Source: Patescibacteria group bacterium
Lineage (GTDB): Bacteria > Patescibacteriota > Patescibacteriia > UBA10025
DNA length: 64,000 nt
Assembly (NCBI GenBank): GCA_042570925.1
Contig: JBHPFX010000004.1
Span: 9,291-73,290 of the forward strand
Direction of reading: 5' to 3'
Shown here: one piece after another, positions 44,484-53,298 of the stretch
Layout of the letters: each line of letters starts with the position of its first letter
How positions within the stretch are numbered: position 1 is the first letter of the stretch
Made by a program: the position numbers and the translations under genes
Notes under the pieces: generated by a model
Seen by the model: only the letters and a program-made list of their open reading frames with translations
What the model was told of the DNA's origin: nothing
Databases searched by the model: none

Positions 44484-44505
44484 ATATGTGATGTCAATCA
44501 CATAT
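44484..44505. promoter_or_regulatory. perfect 22-bp palindrome matching the CRP-type consensus TGTGA-N6-TCACA
   Basis: ATATGTGAT-gtca-ATCACATAT. TGTGA at 44487-44491 and TCACA at 44498-44502. Lies in the divergent intergenic region between 43807..44409 and ferritin. Confidence 0.5.
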
Positions 44506-44522
44506 CTCAGTATATTATATCC

Positions 44523-44551
44523 TTGCTTACATATTTTTTACTTGATATACT
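44523..44551 (+). promoter_or_regulatory. sigma70-like promoter (TTGCTT-17-TATACT) for ferritin
   Basis: Hexamers with a 17-nt spacer about 32 nt upstream of ATG 44583. Confidence 0.4.
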
Positions 44552-44582
44552 TTTATATACTAAAATCATTAACAGCACAACC

Positions 44583-45095
44583 ATGAATCAAAAAATTCAA
44601 GACGCCATCAATAATCAAATTCAGGCTGAAATGTATTCAGCACACCTGTATCTTGCCATGTCTTCTTTCTTTGAAGATCGTAACTTACCTGGTTTCGCTA
44701 TTTGGATGAGCACACAATCTAAGGAAGAGATGGCGCATGCGGAAAAGTTCATGCTCCATCAATATGATCGTGGGGGTAAGGTTAAAATTATGCAATTAGA
44801 TGAACCGCCCTCTGATTTCGGATCTCCTCTTGATGCCTTTAAAGCAGCTCTTGAGCATGAGAAGAAAGTAACCGGCCTGATCAATAGCCTCTATGAGCTA
44901 GCGATTTCCGAAAATGATTATCCATTTCAAAGCCTTCTTAAATGGTTTATTGATGAGCAAGTAGAAGAAGAAAAGAGTGCGAGTGATATCATAGAAAAAA
45001 TCAAGTTAGCTGGATCCGAAGGTCCCAGTATACTTATGCTTGATCAAGAGCTTGGTTCACGAAAAGTCGTAGAATCTTCAGACGAACCGAAATAA
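44583..45095 (+). CDS. ftn: ferritin
   Basis: Start trimmed to MNQKIQDAINNQIQAEMYSAHLYLAMSSFF. Ferroxidase ligands in EEMAHAEKF and ALEHEKKV. Confidence 0.9.
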   Translation: MNQKIQDAINNQIQAEMYSAHLYLAMSSFFEDRNLPGFAIWMSTQSKEEMAHAEKFMLHQYDRGGKVKIMQLDEPPSDFGSPLDAFKAALEHEKKVTGLINSLYELAISENDYPFQSLLKWFIDEQVEEEKSASDIIEKIKLAGSEGPSILMLDQELGSRKVVESSDEPK

Positions 45096-45111
45096 GCATT
45101 TTTCCACATCC

Positions 45112-45143
45112 AAAATAATCTCTTTTTAGTAAGAGATTATTTT
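45112..45143. terminator. bidirectional AT-rich terminator hairpin
   Basis: aaaataatctct-(8 nt)-agagattatttt between convergent ferritin and a receiver gene. Confidence 0.6.
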
Positions 45144-45172
45144 TAAATATATTTTTCTCCCAAGTTGATGAC

Positions 45173-45544
45173 TTACTCGCTTAATCGTTCCTTCACCTTT
45201 TTTACTAGCTCTGCCAGTGTCCAATCTGTTTTAACTAAAAAATCGTATGCGCGATTCTCTATTGCATCATCAACTTTCTGATCACTGCTAAGATTTGAAA
45301 GAATCATTACCTTAGCCTCGCTCCCCCATGGATCTTCTCTCAATTTCTTTAACATCGTAATACCATCCATTACTGGCATGATGATATCTAGTAATATTAT
45401 ATCTGGGCGTTTATCTAAGGCAATGGCAAGACCATCTTCCCCGTTCCTGGCCTGAAGCACTTCATATTCTTCCTTTTTAAATGTATCTGCTAAAGCTTTG
45501 ATTAATGCTTTTTCATCTTCTATAATAAGAATCTTCTTTTTCAT
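45173..45544 (-). CDS. stand-alone response-regulator receiver protein
   Basis: KILIIEDE...IILLDIIMPVMDG...ILSNL...K. REC domain only, 123 aa. Confidence 0.9.
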   Translation of the reverse strand: MKKKILIIEDEKALIKALADTFKKEEYEVLQARNGEDGLAIALDKRPDIILLDIIMPVMDGITMLKKLREDPWGSEAKVMILSNLSSDQKVDDAIENRAYDFLVKTDWTLAELVKKVKERLSE

Positions 45545-45565
45545 ATTTATAAAAAGTATTTAATA

Positions 45566-45964
45566 TTATTCTCTTTTATTTAATGATTCTTTAATGTCAT
45601 TAATGATTTGCTCGAGACGAAAATCAGCTTTTGTATAGTATTTGTCAATTCCCAGCCTTATATACGTTGTCACCTTATCCTGGCTTGCTGTATTAGATAT
45701 AACAAATATCGGAATATGCTTCCATTCATCATTATTTTTTACTTCTGCAACGAAATCTAGTCCATTTTCTTTTCCAAGGAGATAATGATCCAACCAAATA
45801 ACATCTATCTGACCAAGATCTTTTAGCATATGTATTGCCTGGGTAACTTTTCTTGCCGTTACCACCTTAAAATTATTGCTTTCTAGCTTTATTTTAATAG
45901 CTTTTTGCAATGGAGCTTCATCCTCTACAACAAGAATGATCTTTTTTAATTGAGTAGTAGACAT
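45566..45964 (-). CDS. stand-alone response-regulator receiver protein
   Basis: IILVVEDE...VIWLDHYL...VISNT...DKYYTK. REC domain only, 132 aa. Confidence 0.85.
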   Translation of the reverse strand: MSTTQLKKIILVVEDEAPLQKAIKIKLESNNFKVVTARKVTQAIHMLKDLGQIDVIWLDHYLLGKENGLDFVAEVKNNDEWKHIPIFVISNTASQDKVTTYIRLGIDKYYTKADFRLEQIINDIKESLNKRE

Positions 45965-45972
45965 GGAATATA

Positions 45973-48393
45973 TTAATCTAATGCTTTAGTGCCAGTCTTT
46001 TTTTTCATTCCGCTCAAAGGTAGTGTAACATAAAACGTAGTTCCTTGACCTTCCTCTGATTCAAACCAGACTTTACCCTTCGCCTGATCAATAATTGCTT
46101 TCACAATATATAAGCCGAGTCCAGTGCCTTCAGTATCACTCTCTCTTACATTATCTGCCCGAAATAATTTTGTAAATATCCTATCATGTTGTGATTTTGG
46201 TATTCCCATTCCTGTATCTTTGACCAGTATCTTTAATTCTTTTTTATTCATATCAATTGTAATGCTGACTTTACCCCTCTGAGGTGTATATTTTACCGCG
46301 TTCGAAAGGAGATTTTGGAACACAATTCTCATTAGTTTTGGATCTACATTAATTTTCGGAATATTTGTATTGTTTTCCTGCTTCATCTTGATTCTTTTCT
46401 CATCTATTTGTGGCTTGAGCTCATCTAAGACACTTTTTGCAAGTTTAATAATGTCTGTCGATACTGGCTCAACCATAAATGTCCCGAGTTCTAACCGAGA
46501 TACATTTAACAATGCATTTACAAGGTCAACCATACGTTGGTTTCCATCGTAAATTTCCTTCAGATATTCTTTTTGCTGTTTATTTAATTTACCGGCATCA
46601 CCAGCTATAAGCATTTCTGCAAACCAATTTATTGCAGAAAGCGGCGTTCGCAGTTGGTGAGATGCAAGTGATACAAATTCAGTTTTTGCCTGATCGACCC
46701 GTTTTTCTTTTGTTATATCCCGTTCAATTCCTACAATAAAAACTACATCGCCCTTATCATCCATAATTGGCGCTGCACTTACTGCGGCATCATATATCTG
46801 ACCATTTTTCTTTTTATTCTTAAGCTCTCCAAAAAATGACTTTTTTTCTTCTTTTATTGTTTTCCATAATCTTTCATAGTCAGCATGCTTCATTAATCCT
46901 CCCCAATTTTCTTTCGTACCTACCTTGTGGCCTATTATTTCATTTTTTGTAAAACCTGTTATTGCTTCTACTGCCGTATTCATATATATACATATTCCAT
47001 TTGAATCCGTAATAACGATATGGTCAGAGGCATTATCCACAGCTAGTTGGAATTTTTTTAAATCATGGGCCAATCTTTCTGCACGCTTTTTTTGTCTTTG
47101 TATATCTTTAGTCTGCTCTTCAACCTTTTTGTCAACTTCTGCCCGAGATTTCTTAATTGCTTTGGTCATTTCATCAAAAGCCCGTGAAAATTCCCCAATT
47201 TCATCACGAGAATTAATAGAAGCTTTATGGTTTAAATCGCCTTTTCGTATAATTGCTGCACTCTTTATTAGTAATTCAATTGGTTTAGTAATGATTCGAG
47301 AAACAATAAAACCAACAACTATTGAAAGAAAGCAAGCCCCTAAAATTACCAGTAGTATATTTTGTCCGAGAGCTCTTGCTGGCGCATATATTTCATTCGT
47401 CCCATGTCCCACTAAAAACATCCATCCAATTCCCTGATAATCACGATACCCATGTGATGTAGCAAAAGATAAAAGCATTTCCTCATTATTATTTTTTTCA
47501 TCATTTCCGACAAAATATTTGTATTCTTGATTTTTACTTATTAATTCAAGCAACTCTTCCGATAAATTTTCTAAATGACTTATACTTTGATTTGTCGAAT
47601 AAATATACCTCCCCTGATCGTTAATTAAATTATATGTTATAGAAGCAAAACCACTATCATTAAATTTAATATCAGTCGTTCCTGACATTAAATTTACGTC
47701 ATTATCTAAATCGTCAATTACGGTAATTATTTCCTTTAAATTTAAAATTGCTTTTAAGACTCCTATAAAATTGTCTTGCTCATCATCAATCCTTATACAT
47801 AAACTGATTGAATACATTTCAGCACTTTCGTCATACGCTGCATCAGTTACGGCTATACCATTGTCTTTTGCGTCTTGCCACCATTGTTCGTCTGCTTGAT
47901 AATAATCAGAAGTTTTATTTGTTTGAGCTAAGTTGAGACCATATTGGTTTGTAATAAAGACTTCAGGAAAAAGAGAGAAACCATATTGTTCTTGGTAAAA
48001 TGCAGTTACTCCGAGCAAACTTTGGGATAAATCTGAATCAGTCCAATTGGCCATAAGTTCGTTTGCTTGTTCTGAATTTGCCTGAGTCCATTGACTATCC
48101 CTTAATTCAATAATTTCTTGAAGATTTTCTATATTGTCAAAATACTCATTTGATTCTTTGAGTATCATTAAAATTCGCGGTCGGGTATCAACATAAGATT
48201 GCCAACGTTCAATTCTTCGATATATTATACGGTCTACTGAGTCAATTATTTGGTGAGCTGTTGAAATGGAATTTTCTCCAATCGATTTTTTTAACGCTTC
48301 TTGACTGTATTTATTTGTAAAAAAAAGAGCAACGCTTCCGCCTACTACTACTACTAAGAGTAAACTGATTATTATTTTAGTTCTTATTTTCAT
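45973..48393 (-). CDS. sensor histidine kinase (large extracytoplasmic Cache-like domain, HAMP, PAS, HisKA, HATPase_c)
   Basis: TM1, about 320-aa ectodomain, TM2, HAMP (PIELLIKSAAIIRKGDL...EIGEFSRAFDEM), PAS (DHIVITDSNGICIYMN), H-box SHQLRTPLSAI, and G-boxes DTGMGI and GTGLGLYIV. Confidence 0.9.
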   Translation of the reverse strand: MKIRTKIIISLLLVVVVGGSVALFFTNKYSQEALKKSIGENSISTAHQIIDSVDRIIYRRIERWQSYVDTRPRILMILKESNEYFDNIENLQEIIELRDSQWTQANSEQANELMANWTDSDLSQSLLGVTAFYQEQYGFSLFPEVFITNQYGLNLAQTNKTSDYYQADEQWWQDAKDNGIAVTDAAYDESAEMYSISLCIRIDDEQDNFIGVLKAILNLKEIITVIDDLDNDVNLMSGTTDIKFNDSGFASITYNLINDQGRYIYSTNQSISHLENLSEELLELISKNQEYKYFVGNDEKNNNEEMLLSFATSHGYRDYQGIGWMFLVGHGTNEIYAPARALGQNILLVILGACFLSIVVGFIVSRIITKPIELLIKSAAIIRKGDLNHKASINSRDEIGEFSRAFDEMTKAIKKSRAEVDKKVEEQTKDIQRQKKRAERLAHDLKKFQLAVDNASDHIVITDSNGICIYMNTAVEAITGFTKNEIIGHKVGTKENWGGLMKHADYERLWKTIKEEKKSFFGELKNKKKNGQIYDAAVSAAPIMDDKGDVVFIVGIERDITKEKRVDQAKTEFVSLASHQLRTPLSAINWFAEMLIAGDAGKLNKQQKEYLKEIYDGNQRMVDLVNALLNVSRLELGTFMVEPVSTDIIKLAKSVLDELKPQIDEKRIKMKQENNTNIPKINVDPKLMRIVFQNLLSNAVKYTPQRGKVSITIDMNKKELKILVKDTGMGIPKSQHDRIFTKLFRADNVRESDTEGTGLGLYIVKAIIDQAKGKVWFESEEGQGTTFYVTLPLSGMKKKTGTKALD

Positions 48394-48414
48394 TATTACT
48401 TATATTATGCTCTA

Positions 48415-48445
48415 CAAAAAACCAGCGAGCATTAGCTCGTTGCTG
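48415..48445 (-). terminator. hairpin plus U6 inside the leader of the histidine kinase gene
   Basis: Minus-strand RNA reads CAGCAACGAGC-UAAU-GCUCGCUGG followed by UUUUUU, ending 21 nt before the kinase ATG. Confidence 0.45.
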
Positions 48446-48494
48446 ATACTTTCATCCACAACATTCTTTTTATTTTCCTCCATATCTCATCTAT

Positions 48495-48523
48495 ATCATA
48501 TCACAAAAAGATATAAATGTCAA
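48495..48523 (-). promoter_or_regulatory. sigma70-like promoter (TTGACA-17-TATGAT) on the minus strand
   Basis: Consensus -35 (48523..48518), 17-nt spacer, and -10 TATGAT (48500..48495). Confidence 0.5.
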
Positions 48524-48540
48524 TCAGGTAATTCTTTTTT

Positions 48541-48915
48541 CTATTTACCGACAATATCTTTTACCTTCTCAACCACGTCTGTAAGCGGCGTATCAGATTT
48601 CACAAAATAATCCTTCGCGCCAAGTGATTTAGCTTCTTTTATATCATGCTGTTGACCTAGATTTGATGCAACAATAATTGGCGTTTTATTATTTCTATCC
48701 TGTAGTACTTTTAAAACGCCAAATCCGTCCATTTCTGGCATCATAAGATCAAGGATTATCAAGCAAAATTGTTCTTTTTCAAGTACTTCTAGTGCTTGCT
48801 TTCCATTAAAAACTTCTTTCGTTTCGAACCCAACATGCTTCAACTTTAATCCGAGTGCTTTTGCAAGTGGTTTTTCATCTTCTACAATAAGAATTTTAAT
48901 TGTCTTTTTACCCAT
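48541..48915 (-). CDS. stand-alone response-regulator receiver protein
   Basis: KILIVEDE...LIILDLMMPEMDG...VASNL...DYFVKSD. REC domain only, 124 aa. Confidence 0.9.
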   Translation of the reverse strand: MGKKTIKILIVEDEKPLAKALGLKLKHVGFETKEVFNGKQALEVLEKEQFCLIILDLMMPEMDGFGVLKVLQDRNNKTPIIVASNLGQQHDIKEAKSLGAKDYFVKSDTPLTDVVEKVKDIVGK

Positions 48916-48934
48916 AAAGTCAGTATATCACAGT

Positions 48935-49669
48935 TTAAAGTGGTATGATAGAACGTTTCTCAAATAATCTTGGAACCTTCAAGCTTAAATCTGAATACAG
49001 TTTTTCTGGAATTGAAATATCTGCCAAGTATAACTTACCTACATATTCTCTAGCTTCTTTTTTTACTATGCCAATTTTCGGTAGCGCGAGCGTAACAGTC
49101 CATTTCGCACGTATTCCTTTTCCAAAAGATTCTCCAGTATCAGGATCTAGCCCAGAGGGCAAATCGAATGACACAATCTCTTGCCCGCTGTTGTTGGCCA
49201 TCTCAACCAACTGTGCAATTTCTCCATAAAGTGCACCTGTAATACTGTAACCGACCAATCCATCAATAAGAACGTCAGATTGGTCTATAATTTTTTTAAC
49301 CTTGCCTCTATTACTATCATTACTGACTATAATGGGAATTCCCATTTTCTCGACATTTTGAAGTTGTTTTTGTGAAAGTTCGTTTATTTTTTCTTTAATT
49401 GAACTAAGTACTATCTCACACTCCCCTCCCCAATTCTTAAGATGACGAGTAACTGCGATGGCATCTCCCCCATTATTTCCTTTTCCAACCAATGAAACAA
49501 ATTTCATTCCTCTAATTTTAACTTGGGATCGTAAAAAATCTGCCATTTGATAAGCAGCATTTTCCATTAATTGAATTATTTCAATGCCATAGTCTTCGAC
49601 AGCACGTCTATCAACTTCGCGCATCTGCTCAGCTGTTACTGATGGAATATCGGTATTAGGCATCGACAT
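48935..49669 (-). CDS. NAD(P)H-hydrate epimerase (YjeF N-terminal domain only)
   Basis: VGKGNNGGDAIAV motif. No fused dehydratase domain. Start chosen at MSMPNTD (other nearby ATGs are possible). Confidence 0.8.
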   Translation of the reverse strand: MSMPNTDIPSVTAEQMREVDRRAVEDYGIEIIQLMENAAYQMADFLRSQVKIRGMKFVSLVGKGNNGGDAIAVTRHLKNWGGECEIVLSSIKEKINELSQKQLQNVEKMGIPIIVSNDSNRGKVKKIIDQSDVLIDGLVGYSITGALYGEIAQLVEMANNSGQEIVSFDLPSGLDPDTGESFGKGIRAKWTVTLALPKIGIVKKEAREYVGKLYLADISIPEKLYSDLSLKVPRLFEKRSIIPL

Positions 49670-50477
49670 GCTTAATACGCCTTTCATGCAGCCAATGCCA
49701 CAATTCTCCAAATGGCAATAGATTGAGAATGTTTTTTTCCTTAACCCCTCCCTTCAAGAGTCTTTCTACACTTTGGGTCAGCTTTTCTTGTTGAGGGCCA
49801 AGTAACTTTTCTTCTTTATTTTCCACTTCCGGATGTACATCACTCCCAAGAGAAATCATAACTTCAATTTCTGCAATAAGTTTTACAAAATTATCATCAT
49901 ATGGCCATGAAGTATTATACTCAATGGCAACCTGATTTGTTTTTGCTGTTGCAATGACCCATTTCCAATCCTCAAGGGTTAACGGAAACACATAACGCGT
50001 AGGATGTCCTAATACGTCCACATAGTGATTATGAAGTGCCATGCGAAAATCTTCTTTAATCTGCGCCGGATCTTTTTCATCGAGACCACCATGTCGTGCA
50101 ACAATGACAATATCAAGAGGATCAAGAATATGATCAGGCACTTCAAGTGCTCCATTTGGTAGAATGCTCATCTCAATCCCTTCAAGAATACGGAATGAAC
50201 CGAGTCTACCGCTAAAATTAAGATCGTTAATCACTTCCTGGTTCTCTATGAGCTTTCCTAGACGGACTGGATCGGCTTTATGAGGTTTCCCTGGATTTGT
50301 GGGGTGTTCTACAATTGCTACATATTCCATGCCGACTTCGTTTCGCGCCAACTCAACCATGTCTTTTAGTGACTGCGTCCCGCACTTCGTCTCATAATCA
50401 ACAACATCACCAGCTTGATGCACTGAACATTCGCTGTGGTGACTATGTACGTGAAGATCTCCTCGTATCCTAAGCAT
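49656..50477 (-). CDS. PHP-domain phosphoesterase
   Basis: Start trimmed to MLRIRGDLHVHSHHSE, the typical PHP motif I. Later His/Asp motifs (VEHP, GSDVH). Confidence 0.75.
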   Translation of the reverse strand: MLRIRGDLHVHSHHSECSVHQAGDVVDYETKCGTQSLKDMVELARNEVGMEYVAIVEHPTNPGKPHKADPVRLGKLIENQEVINDLNFSGRLGSFRILEGIEMSILPNGALEVPDHILDPLDIVIVARHGGLDEKDPAQIKEDFRMALHNHYVDVLGHPTRYVFPLTLEDWKWVIATAKTNQVAIEYNTSWPYDDNFVKLIAEIEVMISLGSDVHPEVENKEEKLLGPQQEKLTQSVERLLKGGVKEKNILNLLPFGELWHWLHERRIKHVDA

Positions 50478-50482
50478 ATATA

Positions 50483-51466
50483 TTAAACCTTTTTCACATG
50501 GATTTTCATCCAACGTTTTCCCTTTGGCAATCTTCGAGAAACAAGACCGTTCTTTGCACCAACTTGCTGTACCACCGACGCCGCATTAATGGAAGCCAGC
50601 CGTAAGGCATACGAAAAGTCATTCGGACGTTTAATAATCCCTGCAACAAATCCTGATCCATAGGCATCACCTGCACCGGTTGTATCCAAAGCTTTTACAG
50701 GAGTAATTTTTATTTTCCTAACTGACAAACCATCACATACCCACGACCCCTTATCACTTTCTGTAACAACTGCAATGCCATTACACACAGTATCTAATCC
50801 GCGAACAATACCTCGTTCATTGCTGTATGGTACTCCAAGTAAACGAGCACCCTCTGCCCTGTTGAGCAACAGTACGGCCACATCGCGAATAATTGGACGA
50901 AGAATTTTTAATCCTCTTTTTAGCTCAAGACCTCCTGGATTGAGCGCCACGTGTATTTGCTTTTTTTTCGCGAATTGTATAATTTTTTTTAAAACAGTAA
51001 TATTACCTGCTAGCGATGAAACATATATCCACTTTGTCTTAAGTTTTGTCCACGGGATATCAGAAGCTTTAAAATTATGACTTGCCCCCCTATAGACAAG
51101 GATGGTCCTTTCACCTGAAGCAGTCAGAAAGATCGTTGAAAATCCGCTCCGCATTTTCCTGTCTTTTTTAATGTATTGCGTACTGATATTATAATTATTC
51201 ATCGTCTTCACAATTTCGTTACCAACTGTGTCAGAACCGATTTTTGATATGACGGCAGTTTTTAATCCCTGTCTGGCAAACGTAACTGCGGTATTGGTTG
51301 CACCTCCGCCAATTTCAAAAAGGATATCATCAAGCTCAACCTTCGTACCAAAGGCAAAGCATTCCGCCTGACCGGTGATAAAACGTTTATCACGAATTAT
51401 TTTAAACTTCTTACTTACTAAATATACGTCCTGAGTTGCGTGGCCTATTGATATAACATCATACAT
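50483..51466 (-). CDS. PfkB-family carbohydrate kinase
   Basis: MYDVISIGHATQD, GGGATN, and DTTGAGDAYGSGFVAG. Confidence 0.85.
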   Translation of the reverse strand: MYDVISIGHATQDVYLVSKKFKIIRDKRFITGQAECFAFGTKVELDDILFEIGGGATNTAVTFARQGLKTAVISKIGSDTVGNEIVKTMNNYNISTQYIKKDRKMRSGFSTIFLTASGERTILVYRGASHNFKASDIPWTKLKTKWIYVSSLAGNITVLKKIIQFAKKKQIHVALNPGGLELKRGLKILRPIIRDVAVLLLNRAEGARLLGVPYSNERGIVRGLDTVCNGIAVVTESDKGSWVCDGLSVRKIKITPVKALDTTGAGDAYGSGFVAGIIKRPNDFSYALRLASINAASVVQQVGAKNGLVSRRLPKGKRWMKIHVKKV

Positions 51467-51470
51467 AATT

Positions 51471-52319
51471 TTATGCCTTTCTTTGACTTCCAAAAAGTAT
51501 TATTTTATCTTTAACGATTTTTTTAACAGCTTCTTTACCCTTCCCTAAAATGTCCCGTGGATCATACACAGAAGCATTCTTTTTTAAATATGCTCTTACA
51601 GCATGTGAGAATGCCATTCGTAAATCAGTATCAATGTTAACTTTACTCACTCCGAGACGAATTGATTTTTTTATAAGATCCTTCCTCGTCGACGATGCAC
51701 CATGAAAGACTAATGGTGTTGTAGGAATACTATCACGAATTGCTTTTAGCCGCTTAATATCCAGGTGTTCTCCTTTTTGGGGCAATCCATGCGCTGAGCC
51801 AAATGCAGGTGCAAGTAGATCAATTCCGGTTTTACGTACAAATTCTTTTGCATCTCCGGGCTTTGTCATGACTATCTTATGTGACTTGATGTAATCTTCT
51901 TCACCGCCAATTTTACCAAGCTCTCCTTCTACACCAATATGATATCGTTTGCCCAGTTGAACAATCTTTTTAGTTTGTGAGATATTGTTCTTGAAAGTAA
52001 GCTTAGATCCATCAAACATGAGTGCTGTATAACCGGCTTTGGCTGCACGTACGGCATCGTTATAGCTTTTCCCGTGATCAAGATTGATGATAACAGGAAC
52101 TTTCGCCTTTCTGGCTAGTGATTTCATTATTTCAGCAATTTCTTCAAGTCCTGCATATTGTATTGTTTTTTCAGATGTTTGAATAATAACTGGAGAACGC
52201 ATTTCTTCAGCCGCCTCAATTATTGCCTGTGATATTTCCAAATTTGCCGTATTAAATGCGCCAATTGCCCAGTGCTGACGATATGCTTTTTTAATGATCT
52301 GCTTATACGTCGTAAGCAT
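51471..52319 (-). CDS. fba: class II ketose-bisphosphate (fructose-bisphosphate) aldolase
   Basis: AIGAFNTANLE...NLDHG...FDGS...GELG...HG motifs. Confidence 0.88.
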   Translation of the reverse strand: MLTTYKQIIKKAYRQHWAIGAFNTANLEISQAIIEAAEEMRSPVIIQTSEKTIQYAGLEEIAEIMKSLARKAKVPVIINLDHGKSYNDAVRAAKAGYTALMFDGSKLTFKNNISQTKKIVQLGKRYHIGVEGELGKIGGEEDYIKSHKIVMTKPGDAKEFVRKTGIDLLAPAFGSAHGLPQKGEHLDIKRLKAIRDSIPTTPLVFHGASSTRKDLIKKSIRLGVSKVNIDTDLRMAFSHAVRAYLKKNASVYDPRDILGKGKEAVKKIVKDKIILFGSQRKA

Positions 52320-52320
52320 G

Positions 52321-53298
52321 TTATTTTCTTTTAACCACCTTGAGCACCGCTTGTATTATGTGCTCCGATGTTAGTCCATATTTTTTCATAAGCTCTGAAG
52401 GTTTTCCGGATTCTCCAAAAGTATCTTTGACTCCCACCCGTTCTACAGGCACGGGTATTTTTTCTGCTAGAAGTTCAATTACCGCTGATCCCATGCCTCC
52501 GTTAACTTGATGCTGCTCGGCAGTGACAACTGCTCCAGTCTTCTTTGCAGCCTGTATTATCGTTTTTGAATCAAGTGGTTTGACAGTGTGATTATTTATT
52601 ACTTGAGCTTTAATGTTTCTCTTTCCAAGCTTTTTTGCTGCAACAAGTGCTTCAAATACAAGTGTTCCACATGCAATAATTGACACATCTGTTCCCTCTT
52701 TGTATACCTCAGCTTTTCCTATCTTAAAAGGCGTTTGTTTGGTTGTAACAATCGGAACGGGATCTCTTCCGAAACGAATGTATACTGGCCCTTTAATTTT
52801 TGTCGAAGCGATAACAGCTTTTTCCGTCTCTATCGCATCAACCGGGCATATAACTGTCATTCGCGGAAGTACTCGCATAATCGCAATATCTTCTAAAGCT
52901 TGATGTGTCGCGCCATCGGGACCTACGGAAATACCGGCATGAGCACCAATGACTGTAACATTTGCGCCACTGTAACATATTGAAATGCGTATCTGATCCC
53001 AATTTCTTCCAGGAGAAAAAACAGCATAAGACGAAATAAATGGTATTTTGCCAGATAATGCCAAACCAGCTGCAATTCCTGCCATGTTTTGTTCTGCAAC
53101 TCCAACTTCAAAAAATCTTTCGGGATATTCTTGTTTGAATGCCATAGAACGCGTTGATTCTGTAAGATCGGCACACAACACCACAACGTCTTCATTCCTT
53201 TTTCCAACTTTGACAACACCCGTTCCGTACCCGTCTCTCATAGGAGCCGTTGTCACTTTTTTAAAATGGATGTTCTTGGCTAGTTGCATACTATTCAT
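52321..53298 (-). CDS. transketolase, C-terminal (pyrimidine-binding) subunit
   Basis: MRDGYG...DLTEST...FFEVGVAEQNMAGIAAGLA. Forms a split tkt pair with the upstream gene. Confidence 0.9.
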   Translation of the reverse strand: MNSMQLAKNIHFKKVTTAPMRDGYGTGVVKVGKRNEDVVVLCADLTESTRSMAFKQEYPERFFEVGVAEQNMAGIAAGLALSGKIPFISSYAVFSPGRNWDQIRISICYSGANVTVIGAHAGISVGPDGATHQALEDIAIMRVLPRMTVICPVDAIETEKAVIASTKIKGPVYIRFGRDPVPIVTTKQTPFKIGKAEVYKEGTDVSIIACGTLVFEALVAAKKLGKRNIKAQVINNHTVKPLDSKTIIQAAKKTGAVVTAEQHQVNGGMGSAVIELLAEKIPVPVERVGVKDTFGESGKPSELMKKYGLTSEHIIQAVLKVVKRK

